From contig RDEW01000011.1 in NCBI GenBank assembly GCA_011109175.1, forward strand, positions 366,193 through 430,192: a DNA stretch of 64,000 bases, written 5' to 3'. The DNA is from Dicyema japonicum (taxonomy: Eukaryota; Animalia; Dicyemida). This document shows positions 36,801 to 49,429 of the stretch, piece after piece. How positions within the stretch are numbered: the first letter of the stretch is position 1; each line of letters begins with the position of its first letter. Made by a program: the position numbers and the translations under genes. Below the pieces are notes generated by a model. It made no database searches, was not told where the DNA came from, and saw nothing but the letters and a program-made list of their open reading frames with translations.

Positions 36801-37010
36801 TATTAACCCCAGGCTTACCATTGTATGCCAGCACAAAGTCATAACTAACTAATCCAAGGAAGGAACCAAAGGAGAACATCTGCTTGTGCCGACCAAATCC
36901 ATCTTCCAATACTTCATTACAGGCTTCCGAAGAGAGGTGGAGAATTAGGTCCGCCCTCTTCCATTTTTGTCCCACATCCTACCGTCGCGGACATCACTTC
37001 ATTCTTTAGC
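36801..37010 (-). mobile_element. LINE 3' fragment abutting the MULE
   Basis: Reverse strand ends ATTAGTTAGTT...CCTGGGGTTAATAATAATAA (same tail type as the CR1-like family). The MULE TSD lies in this (TAA)n tail. Confidence 0.65.
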
Positions 37011-37119
37011 GGAAAAGTTTTCATAATGCAATCTTCATCAGAGGGTTTGGTCAGGGTTATCGAAAATGTATCGGTTCCCGAGAGCAACACGGGAAGAGAT
37101 GAGAATGCTACTGAGCGAA

Positions 37120-37245
37120 GCCGGGGTCACCTGATGACCTTTTCCTATTAATTAGTGTTTACCTGGTGATTTTTGGACAAAATAAACATCAACCAATTAG
37201 CCACGTAGCACCACATGGCCCCACGCGGCATTATTAAAAGGTATT
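37120..37245 (-). mobile_element. head fragment of the ~330-bp element family
   Basis: Reverse complement GCGTGGGGCCATGTGGTGCTACGTGGCTAATTGG matches 15931-15960 and 6345-6380. Confidence 0.6.
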
Positions 37246-37489
37246 GTTTAATAACTTGCTTATTAATAATCTAATTAATGCTCCCAAAGACCGTCAGTTT
37301 GAATAATTCGCCTGTGATGTAGACATCACCAATCCATTGGTGGGAAGGAAGTTCAGGATCTTTTCTCTTGCTCTGCACCACCAGGACTAGGTTAAATTAA
37401 GTTATTTACCCCATCCTAACTACCATGTAAAAAGCCGACGGCCAATAGAAAATGAGTTGCGTCAATGAGTCGCTCCCAAAGATCCAGTA

Positions 37490-38110
37490 TCTCTATTTTA
37501 GGCGGGCCCAGCCAGGAGAAGAGCGTCTCTATGTCTCCGTAGTTTTTTTAAGGGAGGGTGATCTCCACAGCATAGTTGTGAGAGGGTCACTCTGAATATT
37601 CTGGGCAGAGAGGATTCAGAATGGTCGATTAGGGATGGTGGGTGGTCGAGGAGTTCGTTAACAATTAGTTTTCTGATTGTTTGATAGATACAAAGTTGTG
37701 TATTTGTTTGTCCACATCTGCCCAAAACTCGATGTTAGGGGTCTTTATTTATTTACCCTCCGTCCCTTCAAGTGAAAGAAACCGGTGGATAACAAAAACG
37801 TTACAGCTAAGAGTGGACGCTCCTAGAGGTCAGACAGGTATATTTATTCTGTAGAGTCGTGACTGAGAAGGGTCACTCTCTGGGATGGTTTTTAGAATCT
37901 GAATTTGATCACCAAGAGTAGGGATAATTCTCCTATTGTTTTTGGAGACCCAAAACAGTGAGATGTTTTTTACACTTGTTAAGAAATTGTAGAATGAGCA
38001 TCTTGAAATAATCCCTGATTGGGAGAATTTTTGATTCCCAATGTAGGTGGTCAGTTGCTGTGGAGACAGTCAGTAATTATTCATAAAGCAGTATGAATCA
38101 TTTGTAATAC
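37490..38110 (-). mobile_element. non-LTR retrotransposon C-terminal fragment (post-RT region)
   Basis: TDHLHWESKILPI...L..QFL and SESSLPR..RVTLSQL..G motifs are typical of LINE ORF2 C-termini. Confidence 0.5.
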
Positions 38111-38378
38111 TTTGACGCTTGTTATTGATAAACAAGGACCCTAGGCAAGGACCCTAGGCAGGAAAACCATAGTTCATCGTTGTTCTGATATAATTTATGT
38201 AAATAGTGGTCAAGCTCTCTTTACTATTGCAAAATGACGTACCCGCTACGGGGGTCTTTAAGTTCACACGGCATAATGAATTTTTATTTATTACATTTAT
38301 TTATTCAATTAACTTGGAATACTTAATAACTTTTAATTTATAAATAAATAAATTGCAATATTCTGGGATATTCAGGTC

Positions 38379-40286
38379 ATGTCTGGTGAACACTACTTTA
38401 TATCAAATCTTCCTTTCAAAATGGACTACGGGGTACACTGTTAATAATTCTTTAGGCAATAAGAACTTTCTTTAATAAAAAGAAAATTTACCCGTCTAAA
38501 ATTATCCCTGCAGGAAAAAATGCCCATATATTCTTCAAGTACGATAAAAATAACATTTCAGAACAGTTGATGAGGGGGAAGAATTCATGGAAAAAGTAAA
38601 CCAGGGACTGAAGTTTAGAAAAAACGAAATATCCGTTAAAGTTATAATTTTGATAATTTCAAGATGATTAAAGACCAAAAGAAGGAAATTTCACGAAGAC
38701 CTCTCCGTTTGAACTCTTATTATTTTAGAAGATAATTTTGAAGAAAATATGGTACAATACGAAGATGAGTTACATTTTTGTGTCATTTAGGCTTTTAAAG
38801 GCGGTTGCTCCACTTTATTCCATGAATTATACTGATCAACTTGAAGTGATCTTTTTAATCTCAAGGCCTCAGTTAAAGCAAAAACAAGTCATTGATTTTT
38901 TCACTTTTGATTTAAAAACTGATAAAATGCTGAATAAGGAAGCGGTGGATCAAATGTTGCTGTGTTTATTAATTTTAGGAGCAAAATAAATTTCCTGCCC
39001 ATAAAATCATCGGTTATTTCCTATTTTTAATGTAGCCTGTAATCGAAGGGTACCGGAATAAGTGTGAATTCACCATTGGAAGAGGAATTACTGGAATGAT
39101 AGAAGTGGGCTTTAGACTGTCAGAGCACTGTAAAGGCGTTGAAACAATGTCCCCTTCACGTTGTCCTACCGTGTGAGTCCGAATATGAAGAGAATTGCGC
39201 AGGTATTCGTTGTTTGTATATTCAGTTATTTACCGAATATTTAGTTGAAGTTGAGGGCTCTTCAGGCAACTTAACGATATTTAATCCAATTGACAATTCT
39301 GGACTTTTGAAACTTCTCATTGTGAGAGAAGTTAAACAATCAGAGATTATGATTATATTCGTGATGTGCAGACAACAACTATCTGATGTTTACTTTACTA
39401 GTGACTTGTAGGATGATTTGGTTACTGTCAGGCAAGATTTAATCAAATTTGTTTCATCCATCGAATTTGACGTGAAATCAGTACATCTTGCCATTTTGGA
39501 ATCCAAGTATTTATTGGCTTCAGTTAAAGCAATCGGCAATTCTCTCATGACGTACCCACAGAGATATTGATGGGAGATGAACACATAGTAGAGTGCGTAT
39601 CTGGTATGGAGTTTGAAATATCCCATAACTCGTTTTTCCAGAGTTAGCATATTTGTTTTTATTGCAGTAAATACCCCTGCCAGTGAAATATTGTTTAGGT
39701 CAGTGGCAGAATTAGTGCTGGAAAATAGAGAGGAGGGTGATTTTGTTTTGTTGGATCTTTGCTGTGGTACAGGCACATTTGGTATAATACTGTCGAAAGT
39801 ATCATTTAGCTTAAGTTTAGTTGCTAAATCCATTGAAGACTGTTGGGATTGAACTCTGTCCTGCATCCGTTAAAAATGCACGTGTTAATTCTTTAAGGAA
39901 CAACGTGGAAAATATTGAATTTATAGCGGAAGATGTGCGTTCAGCTCTTCCACGCGTTCTTGCTGAAATGGACTGTAATGCCGTTGTTGTTCTCGATCCT
40001 CCCAGATCAGGAGTCCGTAAGCAGTTATATATACGTGTTAGATAAAGATGTAATATCGAGTATTAGAGGACAGCCTCATATCACTACACTATTATTCGTA
40101 AGCTGTGCTGTTTCTAAAGCTCGATCAAATATTGTTGAGTATTTTTTAATACTAATGATTAGTTTGCTAAGAATGAAATCAAACAAAATGCCAGGGAGTC
40201 CATTCACAATCAAACATTGTTCTCCAGTTGATATGTTCCCCCACACTTACAACTCTGAGGCTATACTTTACATGACAAGAAAATAA
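38379..40286 (+). CDS. TRMT2A: tRNA (uracil-5)-methyltransferase, TrmA/TRMT2 family, multi-exon
   Basis: LLKLLIVRE, LLDLCCGTGTFGIIL (SAM motif I), VGIELCPASVKNA..N...N..NIEFIAEDV, VVLDPPRSG, LFVSC, PVDMFPHT.N.E. Start inferred (MSGEHYFISNLPF, RRM-like). Confidence 0.9.
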
Positions 40287-40317
40287 AAATGACTTTATGA
40301 ATAAAATTCATTTCCTA

Positions 40318-41430
40318 TTAATAATCACTATTTGAAGGATAAGCCGTGTCATCCTTCTGAAAGATAGGTGGATCACTGTATTCAGATGCAGCAGGAACGT
40401 TCCTTAGGAATTCAAAGGACATTAACTGCTTAAAGTAATAAAGAGTACTTGACAGGCCGAAGGACGACTGTCTGGGTTAATCTGAAGCGCAGCGTCAGCA
40501 ATAGAGATTAAGTCGATAGGAGTATTCGGAAGAACAAGGTGGAGGGATACGCCCGCGTTGTAAGTCGGTTCCAAGTAACCGGGATATAATCGACAATTCT
40601 TAATAAATAAGCACACAAACTGGCCACGTTTGGTTATTAGGAGATCCCCGAATAGTAAATATTTTCTCCAGTTGGTCAATCTCTGAATTTCCAGGGAATA
40701 ACGGATTCTCCACATTAAACAAAAACTTACCTTAGTACAAAATTCTCCCACAATGCAGCCAAATGACCAAATATCAACCGTAGTATTGTAGTGTCGAGCT
40801 CCATATAGCAATTCAGGCGCTCTGTACCATCTAAAATGAACAATAATCCGTACAAAGTAGTTGCTGCAGGAGAAAATTGATGATTAGTGCTTTCACGCTT
40901 TCTTGCCAGCCCAAAACCAGATAGTTTTAGAACTCCGCCTTTGTTTACAAGAATATTTCTCGGTTTAATGTCCTACCAATATATAATGACACTGACTCTG
41001 TGCAATACTCGCTTAGATTGTAAATAATCCAAGGCCAGTAAAATCTGGTGCATAAAGAATTTAATGTGGGAAAGCGACAAATCCTTGTTTTTTATCATAG
41101 ACTTAATTGATAACATACAAATACCTCCAAATTGTAGTCCATGTACTCCATTACTAAGTGAATGCATCCCCCGTTGTTAAATGTATCTGAAATCTAAAAT
41201 AATGAGGGAGACAACCGTGATTATGTTATTATGCTTGAAATCCCTAAGATATTTCAGTTCCCGTAGTGAGGTTAAATGAACTGCCTCTTTTTTTGGAACG
41301 TAGATTTCGTCAAATTCCCCAACTCTGTATGTTTTGAAAACCAGAGCGTACTAATCTTTTGATATAATATAACTTGTTCTTCACTCATGACTGAAGCACA
41401 TTCACAGTCCGATTGGTGCTTCCGCTTCAT
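40318..41430 (-). CDS. cyclin-dependent-kinase-like protein (CDK7/10/11/20-like) with pseudokinase substitutions
   Basis: Spliced reverse strand: MSEEQ|[42 protein letters not shown]|[22 protein letters not shown]|[38 protein letters not shown]. One homopolymer frameshift at about 41290. Confidence 0.85.
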
Positions 41431-41723
41431 CACAATGACATCTCAGATAAATTTAAATCGATTGTGAAATTTAAATTTTTTAAATATTTAAATTATTTTA
41501 TAATTTTAAAGTGTATTCTATTTTCGATTTGTCCTAATAATTATTCGAGCTCCTAATTCTTTCCAATACATCAAAATCTGATGTGTGGGATTTCGTGAGG
41601 AATGCCGAGCGAAGGTGAGAGGCAACTAATAGTACCTGTAATCATCTAATGGACATGGTTTTTCTATTTCTTAATTTATTGGTGATTCTTAGTCTGAATA
41701 AAAAATAAATCAATAAATATGTA

Positions 41724-42800
41724 GAGTAAAAACTCTCTCAAATATGCCACTCTTAAATTTGCCAATTCTGACATTTGCTATTTTTCATCGATTTTTTTCT
41801 ATTTTTCAATGATATTTGCCAATTCTGAAATTTGCCATCATTTAAAAAAATTATTTTATTATTTTAAATATTTTTAAAATTTAAATAATTTAAAGCAAGC
41901 ATGGGTTCAGATTTTCGTTTTGGAGGTACACCAGACTTTCAATTGCTCAAAAAGTGAAATATTGTGGTATAAAGAAACCAATAAATCAGCTTCATGTCAG
42001 ACGATATGCAACAGATTTTCTTCTATTTTTAAATAGAGAAATCTCAAGAAGGACAGTCATGCAATATTAATGAATTCAACTTCGCTTTATTTTAGTTTCA
42101 AGAACAGAAATCATAAACTAAAAACTTGTAAAAAATAAAATACCCGGAGCTTTATGAAAATCTGATTGGATGGATTCAACAGAATCAAAAGGTACACTAT
42201 TTACTCTAACTTTAAGGTGTTTTATTGTACGATTCTCTAATATTACATAAGGCAGAATTTCTTGCTAAAGAACTTTTTAGCGATATTTGAATGTGAGAAG
42301 AACTCTGTATATAATTCATATTATTATTATCACTTTCACGGGAGCCATAAGCCCCGCACGTGCAGATGAATCATATAAGAAGTTAAATTTTAAGGATATT
42401 GTATTGTTTGTAAAAATGGCATGGAAGATGTGAAATCCAAAACAATTTCGTACTGTTTTAAACGTATAAAACGTACAGAATGCGAATCATAACTAACATA
42501 AATGTACCAGATGAAATCGTATCCAGAACAGATATTTATGATCTTATTGAAATATAAGAATTTATTTCAATTGACTACAGTGAAAAGGAGGCAATTGATG
42601 AAAAAGAGAAATTAATTTCTATAGAGGAACGAGAAGAATCCGGTTGTGTAGAAGTACATGAGTCATTAAACAAGCTGAAATGCTTTTAAAATTAAGAGAG
42701 ATTGAAATTTATCTTGTAGAAAACATTGAAAATGACAATGATGCTCAATTCATTATTTCAATAAGAAGATATAAAGAAAATATTAAAAATTCTAATAAGA
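41724..42800 (+). mobile_element. pogo/Tigger (CENP-B-like) DNA transposon remnant
   Basis: TA+GAGTAAAAACTCTC terminus, subterminal AAATTTGCCA repeats, degenerate R.SIAQKV / KYPELYENLIGWIQQ / DSLILHKAEFLAKEL HTH peptides. Confidence 0.7.
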
Positions 42801-43299
42801 GGGAATTGGGAATTGAGTATTACTTTAATAAAATTTAATTAATTTTTGTTTCCTTGGTTAAAAATATTGTTTTCAAAAAAATGTAATTTAAGTTTTATTA
42901 AAATAAAATGTAATTCCTAATTGTTTTTTCTTCCTTAAATAATACTTGCTTTGTACTTTCTTATTGAAGAAATTAGAGAAACTTCATGTTCATTCTCAAC
43001 ACGGCTAAGATTTCCCTCCATTTTGTCTGTATGCCTTGTTTTTTCAGATTCTTGTTTATTATTTTCTGAATCTTCTAAAGAATTTTGATTTTCAATAAAT
43101 GTTTAATTTTCCGTGTATTCAATATTTAAAAAATTTTCAACTTTGAAACAATCGAAAATGTCTGTTCTTTTGATTATTGTATCATTAATATCAATTTCAA
43201 GAATTTCCTTATTGGAGATATTAAAAACTTTGAAAAATTTCCTGATCGTCTCTTCGGATACGTCTTCCCAATCCATTTTTGTAAAAAAGACCGTATCCT

Positions 43300-44083
43300 T
43301 AAATTCAATTTCTTGTAAGAATTATACACCGAAATATTTTGAGTTTCCAATAATTCCGTAAATAGATTAACTTGCGTCTGGTGAAATTACTCTTGAAAGA
43401 TTTTATGATGTCAACATCCATGGGTTGAAGCAACTCGTACTATTTTTAGAAAGAAACAATATTTTTATATATTCCAAATTCGGCAGGATACAATGCGCAG
43501 GGCAGTTGTCAATCAATAGTAAAATATTCTTGAGCTGAATACCCAAGAATGCATTAGAATTGTTGAAATTACTGAGTAAATACTGCCTTAGTAGATATTA
43601 AAGCATCATTCACAAAACCACCTAAAAAATTGATTTTTCGAAAAGTACCTTTAGACTCTATTACCTCCATCCATTCAATCAACTCTTCAATCTTTGGAAA
43701 CTTTGATTTATGTGCAGTTTTAAAAGTCGGTTGATAATTTTTTGAATCTTTCAAAATAGTGTCCTTCTTCAGTAAAATATTATTTATTGTTTTTCTAGAT
43801 ATTGTCTTTCGGAACATGCTATCAGCTAATCGCTGGCACGAAATATCATCATTTTCTTCATATAATTAACAATTTAAGTTTTTTCATTAAAAGTAAGCCG
43901 AGTATAGCGTCCACGAGAAAAATTGAAAGACATGTGTTAATTAAATTTTTATTTTTTTTTAAATTTAAAAATTGTTGCCAATTTAAAAATTGCCCTATTA
44001 ATAAGAAGAATAGGATTTTTTCTAAGAAAAATTTCCAAAATGTGGCCAATTTAAAAATTTGGGCAATTTGCGAGGGCCGAGTG
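43300..44083 (-). mobile_element. second pogo/Tigger remnant, opposite orientation, internally deleted
   Basis: Terminus CACTCGGCCCTCG with TA at 44084-44085. CENP-B HTH (ISRKTINNILLKK..KFPKIEE..IEW) fused to DDE_1 core ILLLIDNCPAH...LQPMDVDIIKSFK. Confidence 0.8.
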
Positions 44084-44289
44084 TATTACTTTAATAGTAA
44101 ATATGCTGATAGAAAATTTAACCTGTATAGACCGCGTCCTCGTGAAACAAAATATAGTATTATATTTTAAATTTTTCTTTGTTATATAATTGATTTCTTC
44201 AAACTTAATTGATGCAACGATGCCTCATTACTACTCTTGGTTGGAAATTGTCACTGATCATTCCTGTTAAAACAGTAACAATTTATTAA

Positions 44290-46218
44290 TAAACAGTTAA
44301 CAACCACTGACTGCTTAGAACGCAATTCCCCTGAAGATCTGAAAGGAAATGCGCTCGATGAAACAGCTCCTTTTTATTCTATCCTTTTTCCTCTTTTCGA
44401 TCCGAATCTGTTTAACAGGATCAATGACCTGCTTCCTATGGCTCGTGTCAAATAACTTTATTTAAATTATTTTGTAAAAATGTCATTTTATTATTTTATT
44501 TATAAATTTTGATACAAGTAAACCAGGCACACGATAATTAAGTCTTTTTAAAATATCATCGACTAATTCGTTGATTGATGACTTAGTTTTAAGTTGGTCG
44601 AACTAAGATTATTCAACGTAAATCACCTGAAATGAAGGATTTGAAGATTTAATGTCCTCCAAAACATCTTAATTGCAGTTTCGATAAAATCTTCCTTCAA
44701 TGCTCTCCAATTTTTACGGTCGACAAGTCTGTCAACGAACATTATAGCTTCGTCAGGAGTACTACCAATGAATGATCTGTTTTCTTCAAATGCCTCGACA
44801 TGTTATAATATATTACAAGAATAAACACGTGTCTAGTTATGGCTTTATTGTATAGCAGAACAGATAATGATCCAACAAATAAGGCCAGTTTCTCACTCAA
44901 ACATAAGACAGACAAAATACATATTAGAAAAGTCACGTGGTATGTTTGACAAATTAAATGAAGACGATCGGAGCAAATGACTAAATAAAAATGGACCAGG
45001 CAAATCAAATAAACTCAAAACTTTCATAAAAAACGCAGATACGTATGGATTTCGCTACGAAAATGATAAAAAAACGTAACTGTCACTTCAACGGCCTGGG
45101 AAATATTGAGTTCCCCTTTACTAGTCAAATAATCGCGGATCTCTTTATTTGAACGAACATCATGGGTCGAATCAAAGTCCGATATATCTAAAGCAGGTAA
45201 GTTGGTCTCAGGCACAAAACGATAATCATAACCATGGTCTTTGTATCTAAGGAATACAGTACGTCTGCCATCTCAAAGAATATTACTTATTGATATCTTC
45301 ATATGCTCTGGTCTCACTTATTAGCTGTCCACCGTCGTCCAACAACTCCCTCTGTCTTCTTTCCTCAAATTCTATTTTAAGTTAACTCACAACCAATGGC
45401 TCTTCGGATGGAGAGAAGACTGTTGAGGTTCTTAATCTCCACTCTTTTCCCAGTAGGCCCTTCTTTATCAACAGACACGTTCACGTCCACTCTAATCTCA
45501 CCGTCTTTTGGATTACATTCAATGAATACTCTCAAATCGACCATGACTAACACCAGTTGAAATCAAAATGCTCATTAACTCCAAAATAAAGCCACAGACA
45601 TGTTCAGAAGATGTGAAGGAAGGTTCAGTGACAATTTCAAGTAACCCAACTCCTTCGTTTACAATAAAAATCACCACATCGATTCATATCAATAAGTTTG
45701 ACAGAGGAAGAACCAGCATAAACAGTTTTAGCCGTGTCCTGTTCAATAACAATACTCTTAATGTGCCCGTGGAGTGGAGTCATCCCTTTCTTTATCGTGT
45801 AGGGGTAGTACTCAATGGATCCATCGACTGCGAAGGGGGTCCTCATTTGGGTAATTTGATAACCTTGCTACTAAATAAAACCACAATAAAACAGGTAAAT
45901 CTCTATAAAAATACTGTTTCCTGTCAAAATATGATTTTGTATTAATTTTTGCCTTAAGGGCTGATGATATCGCCATAGCAGCATCAACACATCTTCTATT
46001 CATGATCTAATAGCATACTCAGTTCATGATCAACAAACCGGCATAGTTCCAGGGGTTGCAATGTCAAATAGACTCACGTGGGAGTTGGGAGCACATCGGC
46101 TTAATGGAGTGACCGTAGCTTGAGAGAACAGTTTGCTGTCAGATAATATTTGTGTGTGAATTTCCAACCCAATTGATGTCTTATAAACATGTGCCCAACG
46201 ACGAACAAAATATTTCAT
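44290..46218 (-). CDS. GATB: glutamyl-tRNA(Gln) amidotransferase subunit B, mitochondrial type (PET112)
   Basis: [43 protein letters not shown]|QGYQITQ, I.IEQDTAK, LIDMNR.G; micro-introns. 3' end approximate. Confidence 0.92.
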
Positions 46219-46289
46219 CTTTAAATTAATTAACTCAAAAAATATTTTGATAAATTAAGTAAATGGCATATTTAAATTCAATTAAAACA

Positions 46290-49245
46290 AAAACAATGAC
46301 CTCATTTCGTGCTTTTCTTCGGGATCTTTCACTATTAGCTCGTTCAATGTAAGAGGATTAAAGTCGGATACTAAAAAAGAAATTTATGCGTGGATCTTGG
46401 ATCGTACAAGGTAACCGTGGCGTGCTTGCAGGAAACGAAAGCAAAAGGCGGACTAGATGAAATCAACAATGATTTCCGCCTGATTCTGCACCCTTCGAAT
46501 TGCCCACACTACTGCATGGGACTTTCAATAAAAAAAAACTGAACAATCGAATCCACAAGACGTGGAGGGTGAGCGATAGAATATGTGTTTTACAATTAAA
46601 ATACGGTGAAAAGAAGAATTCCATAATCTCCGTTATTAATGTATATGCACCAACTGCGGTGAAAGTATCAATCAATGGAGACGAACTAGACGACTTCTAT
46701 TCCTCCTGTCGCAACTATATGCATCTTTGGAAACATCGTTCATGACTTACATGCCGGAGATTGGAACGCAAGGGCAGGACGTGGGAGTAGTCACGAAGAA
46801 TTCATGGGAAGCCATGGAAGAGGGATCAGGAACCAGTCAGGAGAATCGCTTATCGAATTTTGCAATACATTCAAACTATTTCTATGCAATACTGCTTTCA
46901 GCCACTCAGCAGGACATAGGACGACATGGAGCTGCTACCGAAAGGACAAATCTGGGACTATCAAGCCTATATATAACCAAATAGATTACATTGTCTGCAA
47001 ACAAGCCTACAAGGCTCCACTACTAACAGATTCTCCGAGCTACAGTGTGACACTAGTAGATAGTGATCACAGATTGGTTGTGGCACGTATCCTTTTCACA
47101 CGATATTTTGGGGTTTTCAAAGCGGCTCGCATGAGGATATCAGAAAGGAAGTTCGTAGTGGAGCAATTCTGCATTGATGGACCGATTCGGGAGAGCTATC
47201 AAAATACAATGAGAGAAAAGATCAGAAAGTGGAATAAAGAAAAAATGCCTGTGGAGGTGTGACAAGACACCATCGATGCAATTAAGTGCGCGGCCCATTC
47301 AACAGTTGGAGTAAAACCGAAGCATTTCAACGGACACTATGACCACGAGCTTGAAAAACGATCCAAATTGCAGAGGAATCTACGTTTGCAGGGCTAAACC
47401 TGTCAAAACCAGGCAAAAGAAAATACTCCAAGAGTCATGCGGAATTAAACCCTGTACAAAATAAAAAAAAGAACGAGGGAAATAAAGGAAAATAAACTTG
47501 TTGAAATGGCTAAAGAAGTAGAAACGCTTATAAAACGGAGCGCATATGTTCAAGACTGTTCACTTACTACATAGAGACACGCAGTCATCAAATATCACAA
47601 TAGATGATCAGTTTGGGAAGACTATGTAATACAAAAATGAAATTTTATAGACCATATATAGCCATTATCTGCTGCCCTTCAATAAAAACCTCGGGGAAAA
47701 CATCAAACAATTCAATGGTGAAGCAAGAGAACTAAATTTTCAGATAACGATTCTGGAAACAAAAAAAGCCCTGGACAAACTGAACAACAATAGAGCAGCT
47801 GGTCCTGACAACATATAAATGCAGAACTTCTCAAATATGCATTGACCGAGATCTCTGAGCTATTAACTGGGATATACAACAAAACATTCAAATACAACTC
47901 ACCCTGGATGTGGGTAATGGCACACTAACTGCACTACAAACACCGGGCAAAGCTAAAGCCCCTTTAACGAATTTAAAACCCATCGTACTATTGACGACTC
48001 TACGCAAGACACCATCACTTATAGTGCTGAACAGGATTGGACCTGACATCGAGAACTTTCTCTCTCACGGTCAAAGCGGATTCAGGTCAGGGAGATCTAC
48101 AGCTGATGTGGTCTGTAAACATCGATGGCTTTGTGCAACACATCAAAAGTACAAGGGGCTACTGGCATCCTTGGCATGGACATGTCCATAGCCTTCGACT
48201 CTATACACAGAGGGAGACTTTTGGATATCTTGGAGAAGTTGGTTGACGAGGACAGTGTCAGAATGATCCGTCTATTACTTGGAACAACGCAGCTAAGTGT
48301 ACGTTTTGGAATTTGGAGTCTGTCCTATTCGAGACAACGTTCGGGGTACCGCAGGGAGATTCCTTGTCACCGGTACTTTTTGTGACATATCTGGAGGCGG
48401 CACTCAGAGACTTCAGACTATTAATTGGCGATTTACCTCAAACTGAAGTGATTTATTCAGATGATATCGACTACATATCCAGCGACGAGAAAACATTAAA
48501 CTATATACGGACAAGGATGCCAGATGTGCTAGAAAAATGGTTCATAAAAATCAATACGGAAAAGACGGAGACAACTACCATACGCCGTGAATTAACTCGA
48601 ACTTATGAATAATGGAGATACTGTAAATAATTGGGGTCGTTTCTCGGAGACGCTGAGGATATCACTAACAGGAAGATGTTTAGAAAAATGGGAGTAGTCT
48701 GGAATCATCGTAAACAAATTAGCATACAATTACGTGTGAGACTATACAATGCCTTCGTGAAACCAGTCCTAATGTACTACGCTGCAACCTGGGGTGTCTC
48801 AGAAGCGGTAATGGACAAACTAGATGCCTTCCATCTTAAACAACTCCGACTATTGCTTGGCATCAACTGGCCAAAAAAAGTTACAAACAAGAATCTATAC
48901 AAAGTATGTAATACAAGACCATTGAGTCTGGATATCCTTGAATCGAGATGGCGTCTATTTGGTCACATCCTTCGGATGAGCCAGATGACGGCTGCTAAAA
49001 TAGCAATGGAGAACTATTTCTGCCCAGAAGTGAATACCTCGTTTCGTGGAAGACCTCGCATTACTTTGCCAGAGGTTCTACACAAGGACCTGACCAATGT
49101 AAGACGAAAGCTGAAAACAGGAGATAATCTGGATACGCTCAGAATAATTGCCAGTAACCGTGGAGCATGGAGGAAGTTAGTTAAGAGAATTGTGGGAGAA
49201 AGAATAACCTGAAGAAAAATACAGCACCTTAATTAAATAAATTTC
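46290..49245 (+). mobile_element. near full-length RTE-clade LINE (APE + RT), many frameshifts
   Basis: SFNVRGL, VINVYAPT, DWNA..G, YNQIDYI, DSDHRLV (APE); LKPIVLL, SGFRSGRSTAD, DMS.AFDSI, GVPQGDSLSP, YSDDID; ESRWRLFGHILRM, FRGRPRITLP. Confidence 0.92.
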
Positions 49246-49429
49246 ATTTTTGGTTCTTCGAAAGTGCTATTATTAATAATGACCTCATCCCCGCTTACTA
49301 AAAATTTCGCGTGACTCACCTGCTCACTTGAAGTGTTGGAAAAGAGTCGCAAACTTCCTATCCCGAGGTGATGGAGACGCTGCTGGTGTCGTATGCCCAC
49401 TTACATCCAAATTATGAGAGGGTCAGCTT

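Noticed and set aside
36630-36852. ORFs with MNLPA / GKFIA peptide repeats
   Set aside because: They are translations of the 15-bp TIR tandem array of the MULE.
37131-37137. CTGATGA hammerhead core motif
   Set aside because: No stem II and GAAA follow; the homologous position in the 6283 cassette reads CTGATGG.
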